This document shows positions 17,674 through 25,067 of a stretch of DNA of 41,826 bases, piece after piece. The notes under the pieces were generated by a model. The model worked only from the letters and a program-made list of their open reading frames with translations, was not told the origin of the DNA and searched no databases. Each line of letters begins with the position of its first letter. Within the stretch, counting starts at the first letter, position 1. The stretch spans positions 1-41,826 of the forward strand of contig JAZGBC010000150.1 of the NCBI GenBank assembly GCA_036444495.1, written 5' to 3'. The stretch comes from Kiloniellales bacterium (GTDB lineage: Bacteria; Pseudomonadota; Alphaproteobacteria; Kiloniellales; J153). The position numbers and the translations under genes were made by a program.

Positions 17674-18417
17674 TCAACCGATCCGGCTATTGGACAGGAA
17701 GATCGTCCAATTGAAAATCCCGGGTAGGGTAGGGGCCGGTTCGGGCGGTTGCGGCGCGCGTGCGGGTTGCGCCGCCGTCGCTGCCGAGGGGACCTTGAGC
17801 CGCAGACAGCTACGCAGCTTTTGACTTTCGGGCTCCAGCCCAACGTCCCCGACGAGATCTTCCAGGGGACGGGTCAGGATGTCGGGCAGCTTCTGGAACG
17901 GTTCCGCCGGGGCCGAAAGGGGCGCGGCCGGGGAGGGAGCGGCCGCTTGCGGCGCACCGTTCTGATGGGGCACGGCGCGTTCGAGCAGGTCCAGGATGGC
18001 CACGAGGACCGGTTTGATATCCTCCGTCACCTCGTCGCGCAGCGATTTCTCGAAGCTATTCTGGCTGGGGCCGGCGCCGGGAATGCCGGCGCGTTCGCTG
18101 AGCCGCTCCACCTGGCTCTGCAGTTGCTGACGGAGGACCTGTTCGCGCTGCTGGATTTGCAGGAAGGTCTCGATGCGATCCAGCAAGCGCGCGTTCTCGG
18201 CCGACAGCCGCGCGATCTCGCCCGACTGAACGGTAATGATGCGGTCCAGCGCCTCGTAGGAAACGTCCGGCAAAGCGGCCGCCGGTTGCTCGCTGCCGGC
18301 GGCTGATGCGCCCTGTACCTCGACTGGCGAGGAGGGCTGCGCCGGGCCGCTCTCAGGCTCGGCCGCTGCGTCCGCCGCCGTGGCGGCGCTCGAGCTGTTG
18401 TTCGAGGACTTGTTCAC
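17674..18417 (-). CDS. Hypothetical coiled-coil protein
   Basis: Low-complexity N-terminus; heptad segment QSGEIARLSAENARLLDRIE...QQLQSQVERL; immediately downstream of the TPR-SPOR gene. Confidence 0.65.
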   Translation of the reverse strand: MNKSSNNSSSAATAADAAAEPESGPAQPSSPVEVQGASAAGSEQPAAALPDVSYEALDRIITVQSGEIARLSAENARLLDRIETFLQIQQREQVLRQQLQSQVERLSERAGIPGAGPSQNSFEKSLRDEVTEDIKPVLVAILDLLERAVPHQNGAPQAAAPSPAAPLSAPAEPFQKLPDILTRPLEDLVGDVGLEPESQKLRSCLRLKVPSAATAAQPARAPQPPEPAPTLPGIFNWTIFLSNSRIG

Positions 18418-18439
18418 GGCGAAGAGTTCCGTCTCTTTC

Positions 18440-19930
18440 CTAACCGGCAGAGGAACCGCCCGCTTCCGGCTGTTCCTTGACGATCAGGCAATCCATGCCG
18501 CGTTCCTTGAGCGCCATACACAGGAGGTCGGCCGCGTCCTTGGTCTGGAGACCCGTGCGCAGGCGATAAAATATCCCCTTGTCGGCGCCGAGGTCGGCGC
18601 GCCGTACTTCCGGCTCGATCTCGGCCAGCAGGTCGGGCGCCAGGCGGCGCAGTTCTATCCAGCCTTTCCGCGCCCGCTCCTCGCTGCGGTAGGAGGCGAA
18701 CTGAACGGCGTAGACAACCGCCGGCACCCACTGGGTCATCTCCGGCTGGCTGGACGGCAGCGCCGCAACCCGGGATTCGCGCTGCGAGATGGCGTTATCG
18801 GCTGCCGTGGACGTGCCGCCATTCACGTCGACGGAGAGGTAGTCGCCGAACAGGGCGACGGACCGGTCGGCATCCGTCACGCCCGTGGTCAAGGCGGCGG
18901 TCTGCGTCTGGGTGGGTGAGGCCGGTTCATTGCTGGAGCCCGAATCGGTTTGGTTTTCGCCCCAATCCGGATAGGACCGGCCGGCCGTGGCGTCGGTATC
19001 GAACATGTCATCGCTGGCGTCGGGCTTGCGGGCGTACTGTTCACGCGTCGCCGGCGAGAGAGCGATCGGGGCCGAGGCCGGTTCCTTGAGCGCCGTGGAG
19101 TCGACCGGGCCGGAAACCGCTGCAAGATTCCCGACGGGCATATCGTCGGCCGTGGCGGCCGTCTGGGCCCCGTCCGGCCCGGGTGCGCCGCCGAGCATTT
19201 CGAGGGAGGCGAGGGCCACATCCGACAGGTGGGTGCTGTACAGGCCCTGGGCGAGATCGAGGTTCTGGCGGCTGGTATCGTCGGCCGCCGGATTGGCGGC
19301 GACTTCCTCGAGGATCGTGATGCCTTCCACGTAGCGGCCGCTTAATGCCAGGGACAGGCCCAGGTTGCTGCGCAGCGAGAGATCGCGCGGCGATGCCTTG
19401 AGCCCGGCCCCGAAGGCCTCCTGGGCGGCGGCGTGTGCGCCCAGCAGTCCATTCGCGACCCCGAGGGCATTGTAGATGCGCGGATCTTCGGGCCTGTGCT
19501 TTCGCGCGGTCTCGAGATGGGTCAACGCCAAGTCGTACTGCTCGAGCGAGACATAGGCTTTGCCCAGCCGGTAGTGTGCCTCGGTGTTCTCGGGCGAGGT
19601 ATCCAGAATACGCTTATACGCGATGGTCGCCTGGCCGATCTCGCCCATCTGGGTCAGGATCTCGGCCAGCTTGAACAGGGGCTCGGGGTTCGTGGGGTCG
19701 AGTTGGTGTGCGCGATCGCAAAGCCCGATCGCGGTCGCCAGGTCTCCCCTGCTGTAGAGCCTATCGCAGTATTGAATAAGCTGCCCCGTGCCGCCATCGT
19801 ACTTCTTGTCGATGGCGCCATAGGCCGTCGGAGCCGGGTTGGACAGACCGGCGCAGCTCGCCGTGACGAGCATTGCGCCCAAGGCCGTGACAATCTGTGC
19901 CGGCCGGTTCCTGAGGTGCGTCTTTTTCAT
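18440..19930 (-). CDS. TPR-repeat (TadD-like) lipoprotein with C-terminal SPOR domain
   Basis: Lipobox LVTASC; TPRs (AHYRLGKAY, IYNALGVA, LRSNLGLSLALSG, SRQNL.LA.GL); SPOR AVQFASYRSEERA..GW..L....RADLG..G.FYRLR.G....A..LC..LK.RG.DC; probable start ATG 19930. Confidence 0.88.
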   Translation of the reverse strand: MKKTHLRNRPAQIVTALGAMLVTASCAGLSNPAPTAYGAIDKKYDGGTGQLIQYCDRLYSRGDLATAIGLCDRAHQLDPTNPEPLFKLAEILTQMGEIGQATIAYKRILDTSPENTEAHYRLGKAYVSLEQYDLALTHLETARKHRPEDPRIYNALGVANGLLGAHAAAQEAFGAGLKASPRDLSLRSNLGLSLALSGRYVEGITILEEVAANPAADDTSRQNLDLAQGLYSTHLSDVALASLEMLGGAPGPDGAQTAATADDMPVGNLAAVSGPVDSTALKEPASAPIALSPATREQYARKPDASDDMFDTDATAGRSYPDWGENQTDSGSSNEPASPTQTQTAALTTGVTDADRSVALFGDYLSVDVNGGTSTAADNAISQRESRVAALPSSQPEMTQWVPAVVYAVQFASYRSEERARKGWIELRRLAPDLLAEIEPEVRRADLGADKGIFYRLRTGLQTKDAADLLCMALKERGMDCLIVKEQPEAGGSSAG

Positions 19931-20059
19931 CGTCTTCTGCCCTTTGCACACACGACTTTGTTATTCGTTCGCCGGCCCCTTTTTGTTTCTTCCCATTCTT
20001 CCTGATTGCGGGTTTATCGGGGCCGGGGTAGTTGTGGATTCACATCCCTTCTTTCTCCA

Positions 20060-20767
20060 TCAGCCCTCTCGGCGGACGTGACAGAGAACGTGATCGATCT
20101 TGCTCTGGTCCTCGCCGAACGGCAGCGCGACACCGTGATAGCGGATCGCCCTGCGCTTGCCGGGAAAGGCTTCGCCGTCTTGAACAGGTACCCCGTCGCT
20201 GACAACCTCCTGGGCCAGGGAAAGAAGCCACTGGAGCATCAAGGGAGACAGCTCCACCCCATCGGCTTCCTCGCCGCTGGGCGGCCAGGAGGGCTCCGGG
20301 TTGCTCAAGCCCCTAAAGGTCTGTTCCGGCTGCAGAGCGTCGCTGCCGGCGCGGCAGCGCAATAGTATGGAGTCCGGCCAATTGGCCTCGATTTCCCGGG
20401 TTTCGAGGTCGGATATTGTTGGAATGGGACGGCTTCCGCGCAGCCGGGTCCAGTAATCCACCAGTTGCGCCTGAGTGTGCCGCACGGCCGCTCGTGTATC
20501 CGCCGGGCGGTTTTCGGCATCACCCGCCCTATTCCCTTGGCCATCCACGGCGGCAGCCGGCGCCCGTCTGGCCTTCCGACCAGCCTGTCTTGCCTTGGGC
20601 GGCGTGCGGCGGCGAATCTGCACCGAGGCGAGGGATTCCACCGGGGCGCTGCCGGACCCTGGTTGCAAAGCGTCACCGTCCGCTTCCGGCTCCGCATCGA
20701 AGGGGTATTCGGGATCCCGCGGATTCACCCGTGATGGCTCCATCTCAGTCATTGCTTGCGTCGTCAT
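20060..20767 (-). CDS. PAS_5 (DUF1457)-like protein with disordered N-terminus
   Basis: L..YW..LRG.R..P..SDL.......WP..ILL and Y.GV.LPF..D...IDHVL resemble PAS_5 motifs. Confidence 0.6.
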   Translation of the reverse strand: MTTQAMTEMEPSRVNPRDPEYPFDAEPEADGDALQPGSGSAPVESLASVQIRRRTPPKARQAGRKARRAPAAAVDGQGNRAGDAENRPADTRAAVRHTQAQLVDYWTRLRGSRPIPTISDLETREIEANWPDSILLRCRAGSDALQPEQTFRGLSNPEPSWPPSGEEADGVELSPLMLQWLLSLAQEVVSDGVPVQDGEAFPGKRRAIRYHGVALPFGEDQSKIDHVLCHVRREG

Positions 20768-21209
20768 TCGTAGCCCGGCCTCCGCCCTGGTAGACCGGGG
20801 GGATCGCCTTCAGGACCTCTGGTGCATGCCGCTCGAGATATTCGTCGAGCGCCTGGGTCAAGAGGCTCTGCTGGGTGCGCTCCCCCTGCATGGCCGCCAG
20901 CTTCAACCTCTGGTGACGGGTCAGGTCCAGACGCAGGGAAACGCGTACGCGCTTGCGCTTGCCGCCGCCTCCAGCCTGCGCCCGCTGTCCGGAGCTTGTT
21001 TGATCGGGTCTGGCCGCGCCGGGCCAGGCGAGGGGTTTCTTGGCCAGTCGCGGCTCGCTTTGCGCCGTTGCCGCTGGCTTGTTCGGCGCCGGCTGGGCCG
21101 GGGCCTCGTCGCCCGGCAGGATGCCGTGCCGGTGCGGCGCCGGAACGGCCGGCTGGGCCGATCCCTTGCGGAAAAGCAGGTCGCTGGTCAGGCGTGCAAG
21201 CGGCTTCAT
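20745..21209 (-). CDS. Small protein with N-terminal LT..LL.RKG.A.PA motif and C-terminal ribbon-helix-helix domain
   Basis: ATG 21209 lies just after the parA stop; C-terminus RVRVSLRLD..RHQRLKLAA....RTQQSLLTQALDEYL has the RHH pattern (alternating beta strand, helix, helix). The longer ORF from 21989 overlaps parA and was rejected. Confidence 0.75.
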   Translation of the reverse strand: MKPLARLTSDLLFRKGSAQPAVPAPHRHGILPGDEAPAQPAPNKPAATAQSEPRLAKKPLAWPGAARPDQTSSGQRAQAGGGGKRKRVRVSLRLDLTRHQRLKLAAMQGERTQQSLLTQALDEYLERHAPEVLKAIPPVYQGGGRATNDDASND

Positions 21210-21214
21210 GGCAC

Positions 21215-21940
21215 CTATGCGGTCTCTTTTCTGGGCGGCCCGGAGTACTGGGACAGGGCCGCCGTCTGCCGCGCCTGGAGGCGCGCGCCGGCCCGGATCT
21301 GCTGCCCCTGTGGCCGGGTGCAGCGATCGAGCCGGTCGGCGAGGTAGTCCCAGAGCTGGATCATTTCCTCGGTCGAGCGCTTGGCGCCCGAGATCTCCAT
21401 GACGGTCCGCCCGTCGATCATGCTGGCGGCGTATTCCGTCCGGTGATGGACGGTGACCGGCGCCACGGTCCCGTGCTGCGACAGGGCGATGGCGGCCTCG
21501 CCGGTGATGCGCGCCCGCGGCGTCGCGCCGTTGATGACGAAAACCAGGGGCTTGCTCACCTTCTCGCAGAGATCCACGGTGGCGCCCGCGGCCCTCAGAT
21601 CGTGCGGGCTCGGCCGGGTCGGGATGACCACCAGGTCGCAGACCTTGATGACCTGCTGGATGGTCGCGGTGATTGCCGGCGGCGTATCGAATATCAGGAG
21701 CTCGATGCCGAGATCGCGCATCTTCTGCAGGTCTTCCTGCAGGCGGGAAATGAAGGTCTGCGCGAAGACCGGGGTCTCGGCCCGGCGGGCGTTCCACCAG
21801 TCCGACAGGCTGCCTTGGGGGTCCGCGTCGATGACCGCGACCGGGCCCGCCCCGGCCCGTTCGGCCTGAACCGCCATATGTCCCGCCAGGGTCGTCTTGC
21901 CCGACCCGCCTTTCTGGGACGAAAAGGCCATCACCCGCAT
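21215..21940 (-). CDS. Orphan ParA/MinD family ATPase (short, no N-terminal HTH)
   Basis: MRVMAFSSQKGGSGKTT (deviant Walker A), IDADPQGSL..WW, FDTPP, VIPTRPSPHDL; GAGGAG RBS before ATG 21940. Confidence 0.93.
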   Translation of the reverse strand: MRVMAFSSQKGGSGKTTLAGHMAVQAERAGAGPVAVIDADPQGSLSDWWNARRAETPVFAQTFISRLQEDLQKMRDLGIELLIFDTPPAITATIQQVIKVCDLVVIPTRPSPHDLRAAGATVDLCEKVSKPLVFVINGATPRARITGEAAIALSQHGTVAPVTVHHRTEYAASMIDGRTVMEISGAKRSTEEMIQLWDYLADRLDRCTRPQGQQIRAGARLQARQTAALSQYSGPPRKETA

Positions 21941-22113
21941 GTGAGTCGCGCTCCTCAATGACGCGGCAGCCGCGTCCGCTAAACCGCACGGGGCGCCGCC
22001 GCGGCCTTTGCTCCGGAGCCCCGGATGCCGCCTGCGGCGCCGACCGTTTTTTTGCCTGTTGCGTGAACTGAATAGATAGTCCTCCACAACACTAGAGAAA
22101 GTAGCCAAGAATA

Positions 22114-22130
22114 GTTAAAACTGAATTAAC
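22114..22130. promoter_or_regulatory. Perfect CtrA box upstream of the parA operon
   Basis: GTTAA-aactgaa-TTAAC matches TTAA-N7-TTAAC on both strands; on the minus strand it is followed 10 nt later by TACTTT (GCTACTTT, -10-like). Confidence 0.8.
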
Positions 22131-22425
22131 GACTAGAAACAGAAAAAGTATTTATCTTGCATTATAGATAACAGATATTATTTAGTAAGACTGTGTAATA
22201 AATCCATAACCCCGAATAATTCTCATTAGTATCGCTCGTCCTTTCTAATTCTCACGGGCAATGCCGGCGTCATCACACCTGAGAATTCAGTCCATGCTCC
22301 ACTGACGCCCCACATTTGCCACGGTCTTCTTTCAGGACTTGTACCGGCGATCGGGCGCCTATCCCGAGCCGGCCGCCGCGCTCCACAGCGCGGATGGAAG
22401 CCGCGGGCCAAACCGCAAAAAAACC

Positions 22426-22462
22426 TGACGTTTCCGGGCAAATTTCCGGCGATCTAATGCAA
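22426..22462 (+). promoter_or_regulatory. Tandem 21-bp-spaced sites resembling GlxA/ArgR-type (GATR) AraC binding sites
   Basis: TGACGT-N6-GCAA at 22426 and CGGCGA-N6-GCAA at 22447; similar to the Pseudomonas ArgR TGTCGC-N8-AA tandem repeat; upstream of an operon ending in a GlxA-type regulator. Confidence 0.5.
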
Positions 22463-22554
22463 GTTTTCCGGTATGTCTGCATTAGCGTGGCGGTCTGGCG
22501 CGCGCGGGCGACTCCGCGAGTCGCGCGCGCAGCGGGGCGTTTCGAGGGCAGGAC

Positions 22555-23436
22555 ATGAACCGAGAGGTGATCGTCACCTGCGCGGTAACGGGCGCGGGCG
22601 ATACGCTGGACAGGCATCCGGCCATACCGGTCACGCCCGAGCAGATCTCGGCCTCGGCGATCGAGGCAGCGGCGGCGGGCGCGGCCGTGGTCCATATTCA
22701 CGTGCGCGACCCGGAGACCGGCCAGCCTAGCCGCAAGACCGAACTCTACGCCGAGGTGGTGGAGCGGCTGCGCGATAGCGGCAGCGACGCGGTCATCAAC
22801 CTGACCGCGGGGATGGGCGGCGACTTCTTCCCCGGCGACGACGATCCGGCGGCCGGCGGCCCGGGGACCGACATGGTGGGCCCCGAAGAGCGCCTGGTGC
22901 ATGTGGAGCAACTGCGCCCCGACATCTGCAGCCTGGATTGCGGCACGCTCAATTTCGGCGACGGCGCCTACATCAGCCCGGCGCCCTACCTGCGCGTCAT
23001 GGCCGAACGCATCAAGGACTGCGGCGTCAAGCCGGAGCTCGAATGCTTCGATCTCGGCCACGTACGCCTGGCCAATCATCTCATCGAGGAGGGCCTGGTG
23101 CTGGCGCCGCCCCTGTTCCAGATTTGCCTGGGCATCCCCTGGGGCGCGCCGGCCGACACCGGCACCATGAAGGCCATGGTGGACGCCCTGCCGGAGGGCG
23201 CCGTCTGGGCCGGCTTCGGCATCTCGGCCATGGAGATGCCCATGGTGGCCCAGGCGATTCTGCTCGGCGGGCATGTGCGCGTCGGACTCGAGGACAATCT
23301 CTATCTCAAGAAGGGCGTCTTTGCCAGCAACGCGCAACTGGTGGAAAAAGCTATTAAAATCATAGAGTTGCTTGGTGCGCGTGCGCTCAGCCCCGGCGAG
23401 GCCCGCGTCAAGTTCGGTCTCAATACCACCGGCTGA
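22555..23436 (+). CDS. Beta-keto acid cleavage enzyme (BKACE/DUF849), probable 3-dehydrocarnitine cleavage enzyme (CdhC-like)
   Basis: [17 protein letters not shown]...[52 protein letters not shown]; carnitine gene context. Confidence 0.92.
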   Translation: MNREVIVTCAVTGAGDTLDRHPAIPVTPEQISASAIEAAAAGAAVVHIHVRDPETGQPSRKTELYAEVVERLRDSGSDAVINLTAGMGGDFFPGDDDPAAGGPGTDMVGPEERLVHVEQLRPDICSLDCGTLNFGDGAYISPAPYLRVMAERIKDCGVKPELECFDLGHVRLANHLIEEGLVLAPPLFQICLGIPWGAPADTGTMKAMVDALPEGAVWAGFGISAMEMPMVAQAILLGGHVRVGLEDNLYLKKGVFASNAQLVEKAIKIIELLGARALSPGEARVKFGLNTTG

Positions 23437-23468
23437 TCTGCCGCCTTGGCCAGGAAAGGACCGCTGTC

Positions 23469-25034
23469 GTGAGTGAGGCTCAGTCAGGCAACAGGCGGCG
23501 CGGTGGCCGCCAGGCGCGGCGCGAGTTGCGCGCGGCACCCCCCGCCGAGGACCAACGCGCGGTACAGGCCGGCATGTCCGGCGGGCTCTATCGGCCGCTC
23601 AACGAGGCCGAGGTGAGGCGCATCCATCAGGCCGCGCTCGATGTTCTCGAACGGATCGGCCTGAGCGATGCTATCCCCTCCTGCGTCGAGCTGGTGACCG
23701 GGGCCGGCGGCAGGCTGAGCGAAGAGGGCCGTCTTCTCTTCCCCAGGGCGCTGGTGGAGGACACCATCGCCAAGGCCGCGCGGCGCTTTCCGCTCTATGG
23801 CGCCGACCCCAAGCACGACATGGAGCCCTGGGACAAGCGGGTCTATTTCGGCACGGCGGGAGCGGCGGTGCACATGGTGGATGCCGTGACCGGCGCCTAC
23901 CGGGAATCCACGCTCGCCGACCTCTACGACGTCGCGCGCCTGGTGGACGCCCTGGACCACATCCATTTCCTCCAGCGCCCCATCGTGCTGCGCGACCTGG
24001 AGGACAGCCGCGATCTGGACTTCAACACCTGCTACGCCGCGGTCTCCGGCACCAGCAAGCATGTGGGCACCAGCTTCTTCCAGCCCGAGCACGTGGCGGA
24101 GGCGCTGGAGATGCTGCACCTCATCGCCGGCGGCGAGGAGAAGTGGCGCGCCCGGCCCTTCGTCTCCATGTCCTGCTGCTTCGTGGTGCCGCCGCTCAAG
24201 TTCGCCGAGGACGCCTGCCGCTGCATGGAGGCCGGGGTGCGCAGCGGCATGCCCATACTCCTGCTCGCCGCGGGTCAGGCGGGCGCGACCAGCCCGGCCG
24301 CGCTAGCCGGGGCGGTCGCCCAGGAGGTGGCCGAGGTGCTGGCGGGTTTGGTCTACGTCAACCTGATCGTGCCCGGGCACCCCTGCATCTTCGGCGCCTG
24401 GCCGCTCGTCTCGGATCTGCGCACCGGCGCCATGAGCGGGGGCAGCGGCGAGCAGGCGCTGCTGAGCGCGGCCTGCGCCCAGATGGCCCACTACTACGAC
24501 CTGCCGGGCAGCATTCCCGCGGGCATGACGGATTCCAAAGTTCCCGACGCCCAGTCGGGCTACGAGAAGGGCTACACCGTGGCGCTCGCCGCCCAGTCGG
24601 GGGCCAACTTGATCTACGAGTCCGCGGGCATGCACGCCAGTCTTCTCGGCTTCTGCCTGGAGAGTTGCGTCATCGACAACGACATGCTGGGCTCCATCAT
24701 GCGCACCGTGCGCGGCATCGAGGTGAGCGAGGACAGTCTCTCGGTCGAGGCCATGCGCCAGGTCTGCGAGGAGGGGCCGGGGCATTTCCTGGGCCACGCC
24801 CAGACGCTCGATCTCATGCAGAAAGACTATGTCTATCCCGACGTGGCCGACCGCACGAGCCCGAAGGAGTGGCTCGAGCAAGGCTCCACCGATGTCGTTC
24901 AACGCGCGCGGGCGCGGACCCAGGAAATACTGACGCGGCACTATCCTGCGCACATCGGCGGAGCCCTGGACGCGCAACTGCGTGAACGCTTCCCGGTCAA
25001 GCTGCCGCGTGGCAACATGCGGCCCAAACAATAA
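23469..25034 (+). CDS. Trimethylamine methyltransferase (MttB) superfamily protein, non-pyrrolysine
   Basis: RR.GR.AR...R N-terminus, IHQAALDVLE.IG, GATSPA.LAG..AQ..AE.LAG, SDLRTGAMSGG.GE, DSK.PDAQ.GYE, GPGHFLG..QT; no in-frame TAG. Confidence 0.92.
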   Translation: MSEAQSGNRRRGGRQARRELRAAPPAEDQRAVQAGMSGGLYRPLNEAEVRRIHQAALDVLERIGLSDAIPSCVELVTGAGGRLSEEGRLLFPRALVEDTIAKAARRFPLYGADPKHDMEPWDKRVYFGTAGAAVHMVDAVTGAYRESTLADLYDVARLVDALDHIHFLQRPIVLRDLEDSRDLDFNTCYAAVSGTSKHVGTSFFQPEHVAEALEMLHLIAGGEEKWRARPFVSMSCCFVVPPLKFAEDACRCMEAGVRSGMPILLLAAGQAGATSPAALAGAVAQEVAEVLAGLVYVNLIVPGHPCIFGAWPLVSDLRTGAMSGGSGEQALLSAACAQMAHYYDLPGSIPAGMTDSKVPDAQSGYEKGYTVALAAQSGANLIYESAGMHASLLGFCLESCVIDNDMLGSIMRTVRGIEVSEDSLSVEAMRQVCEEGPGHFLGHAQTLDLMQKDYVYPDVADRTSPKEWLEQGSTDVVQRARARTQEILTRHYPAHIGGALDAQLRERFPVKLPRGNMRPKQ

Positions 25035-25067
25035 CCGGCGCGGCTTGCCGCCTAGGGGAGGACAGGA

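Noticed and set aside
21210-21989. N-terminal 260 aa of the 414-aa ORF 20745-21989
   Set aside because: Alternate frame of parA; only the part from ATG 21209 looks like a real protein.
21941-22270. Plasmid centromere or iteron array for the ParA/RHH pair
   Set aside because: Only a short dyad (TTATCT-N8-AGATAA, 22152-22171) and two ACTAGA copies; no regular array visible.
23469-25034. Possible pyrrolysine recoding in mttB
   Set aside because: The ORF is continuous with no in-frame amber codon, and no pyl genes are present.
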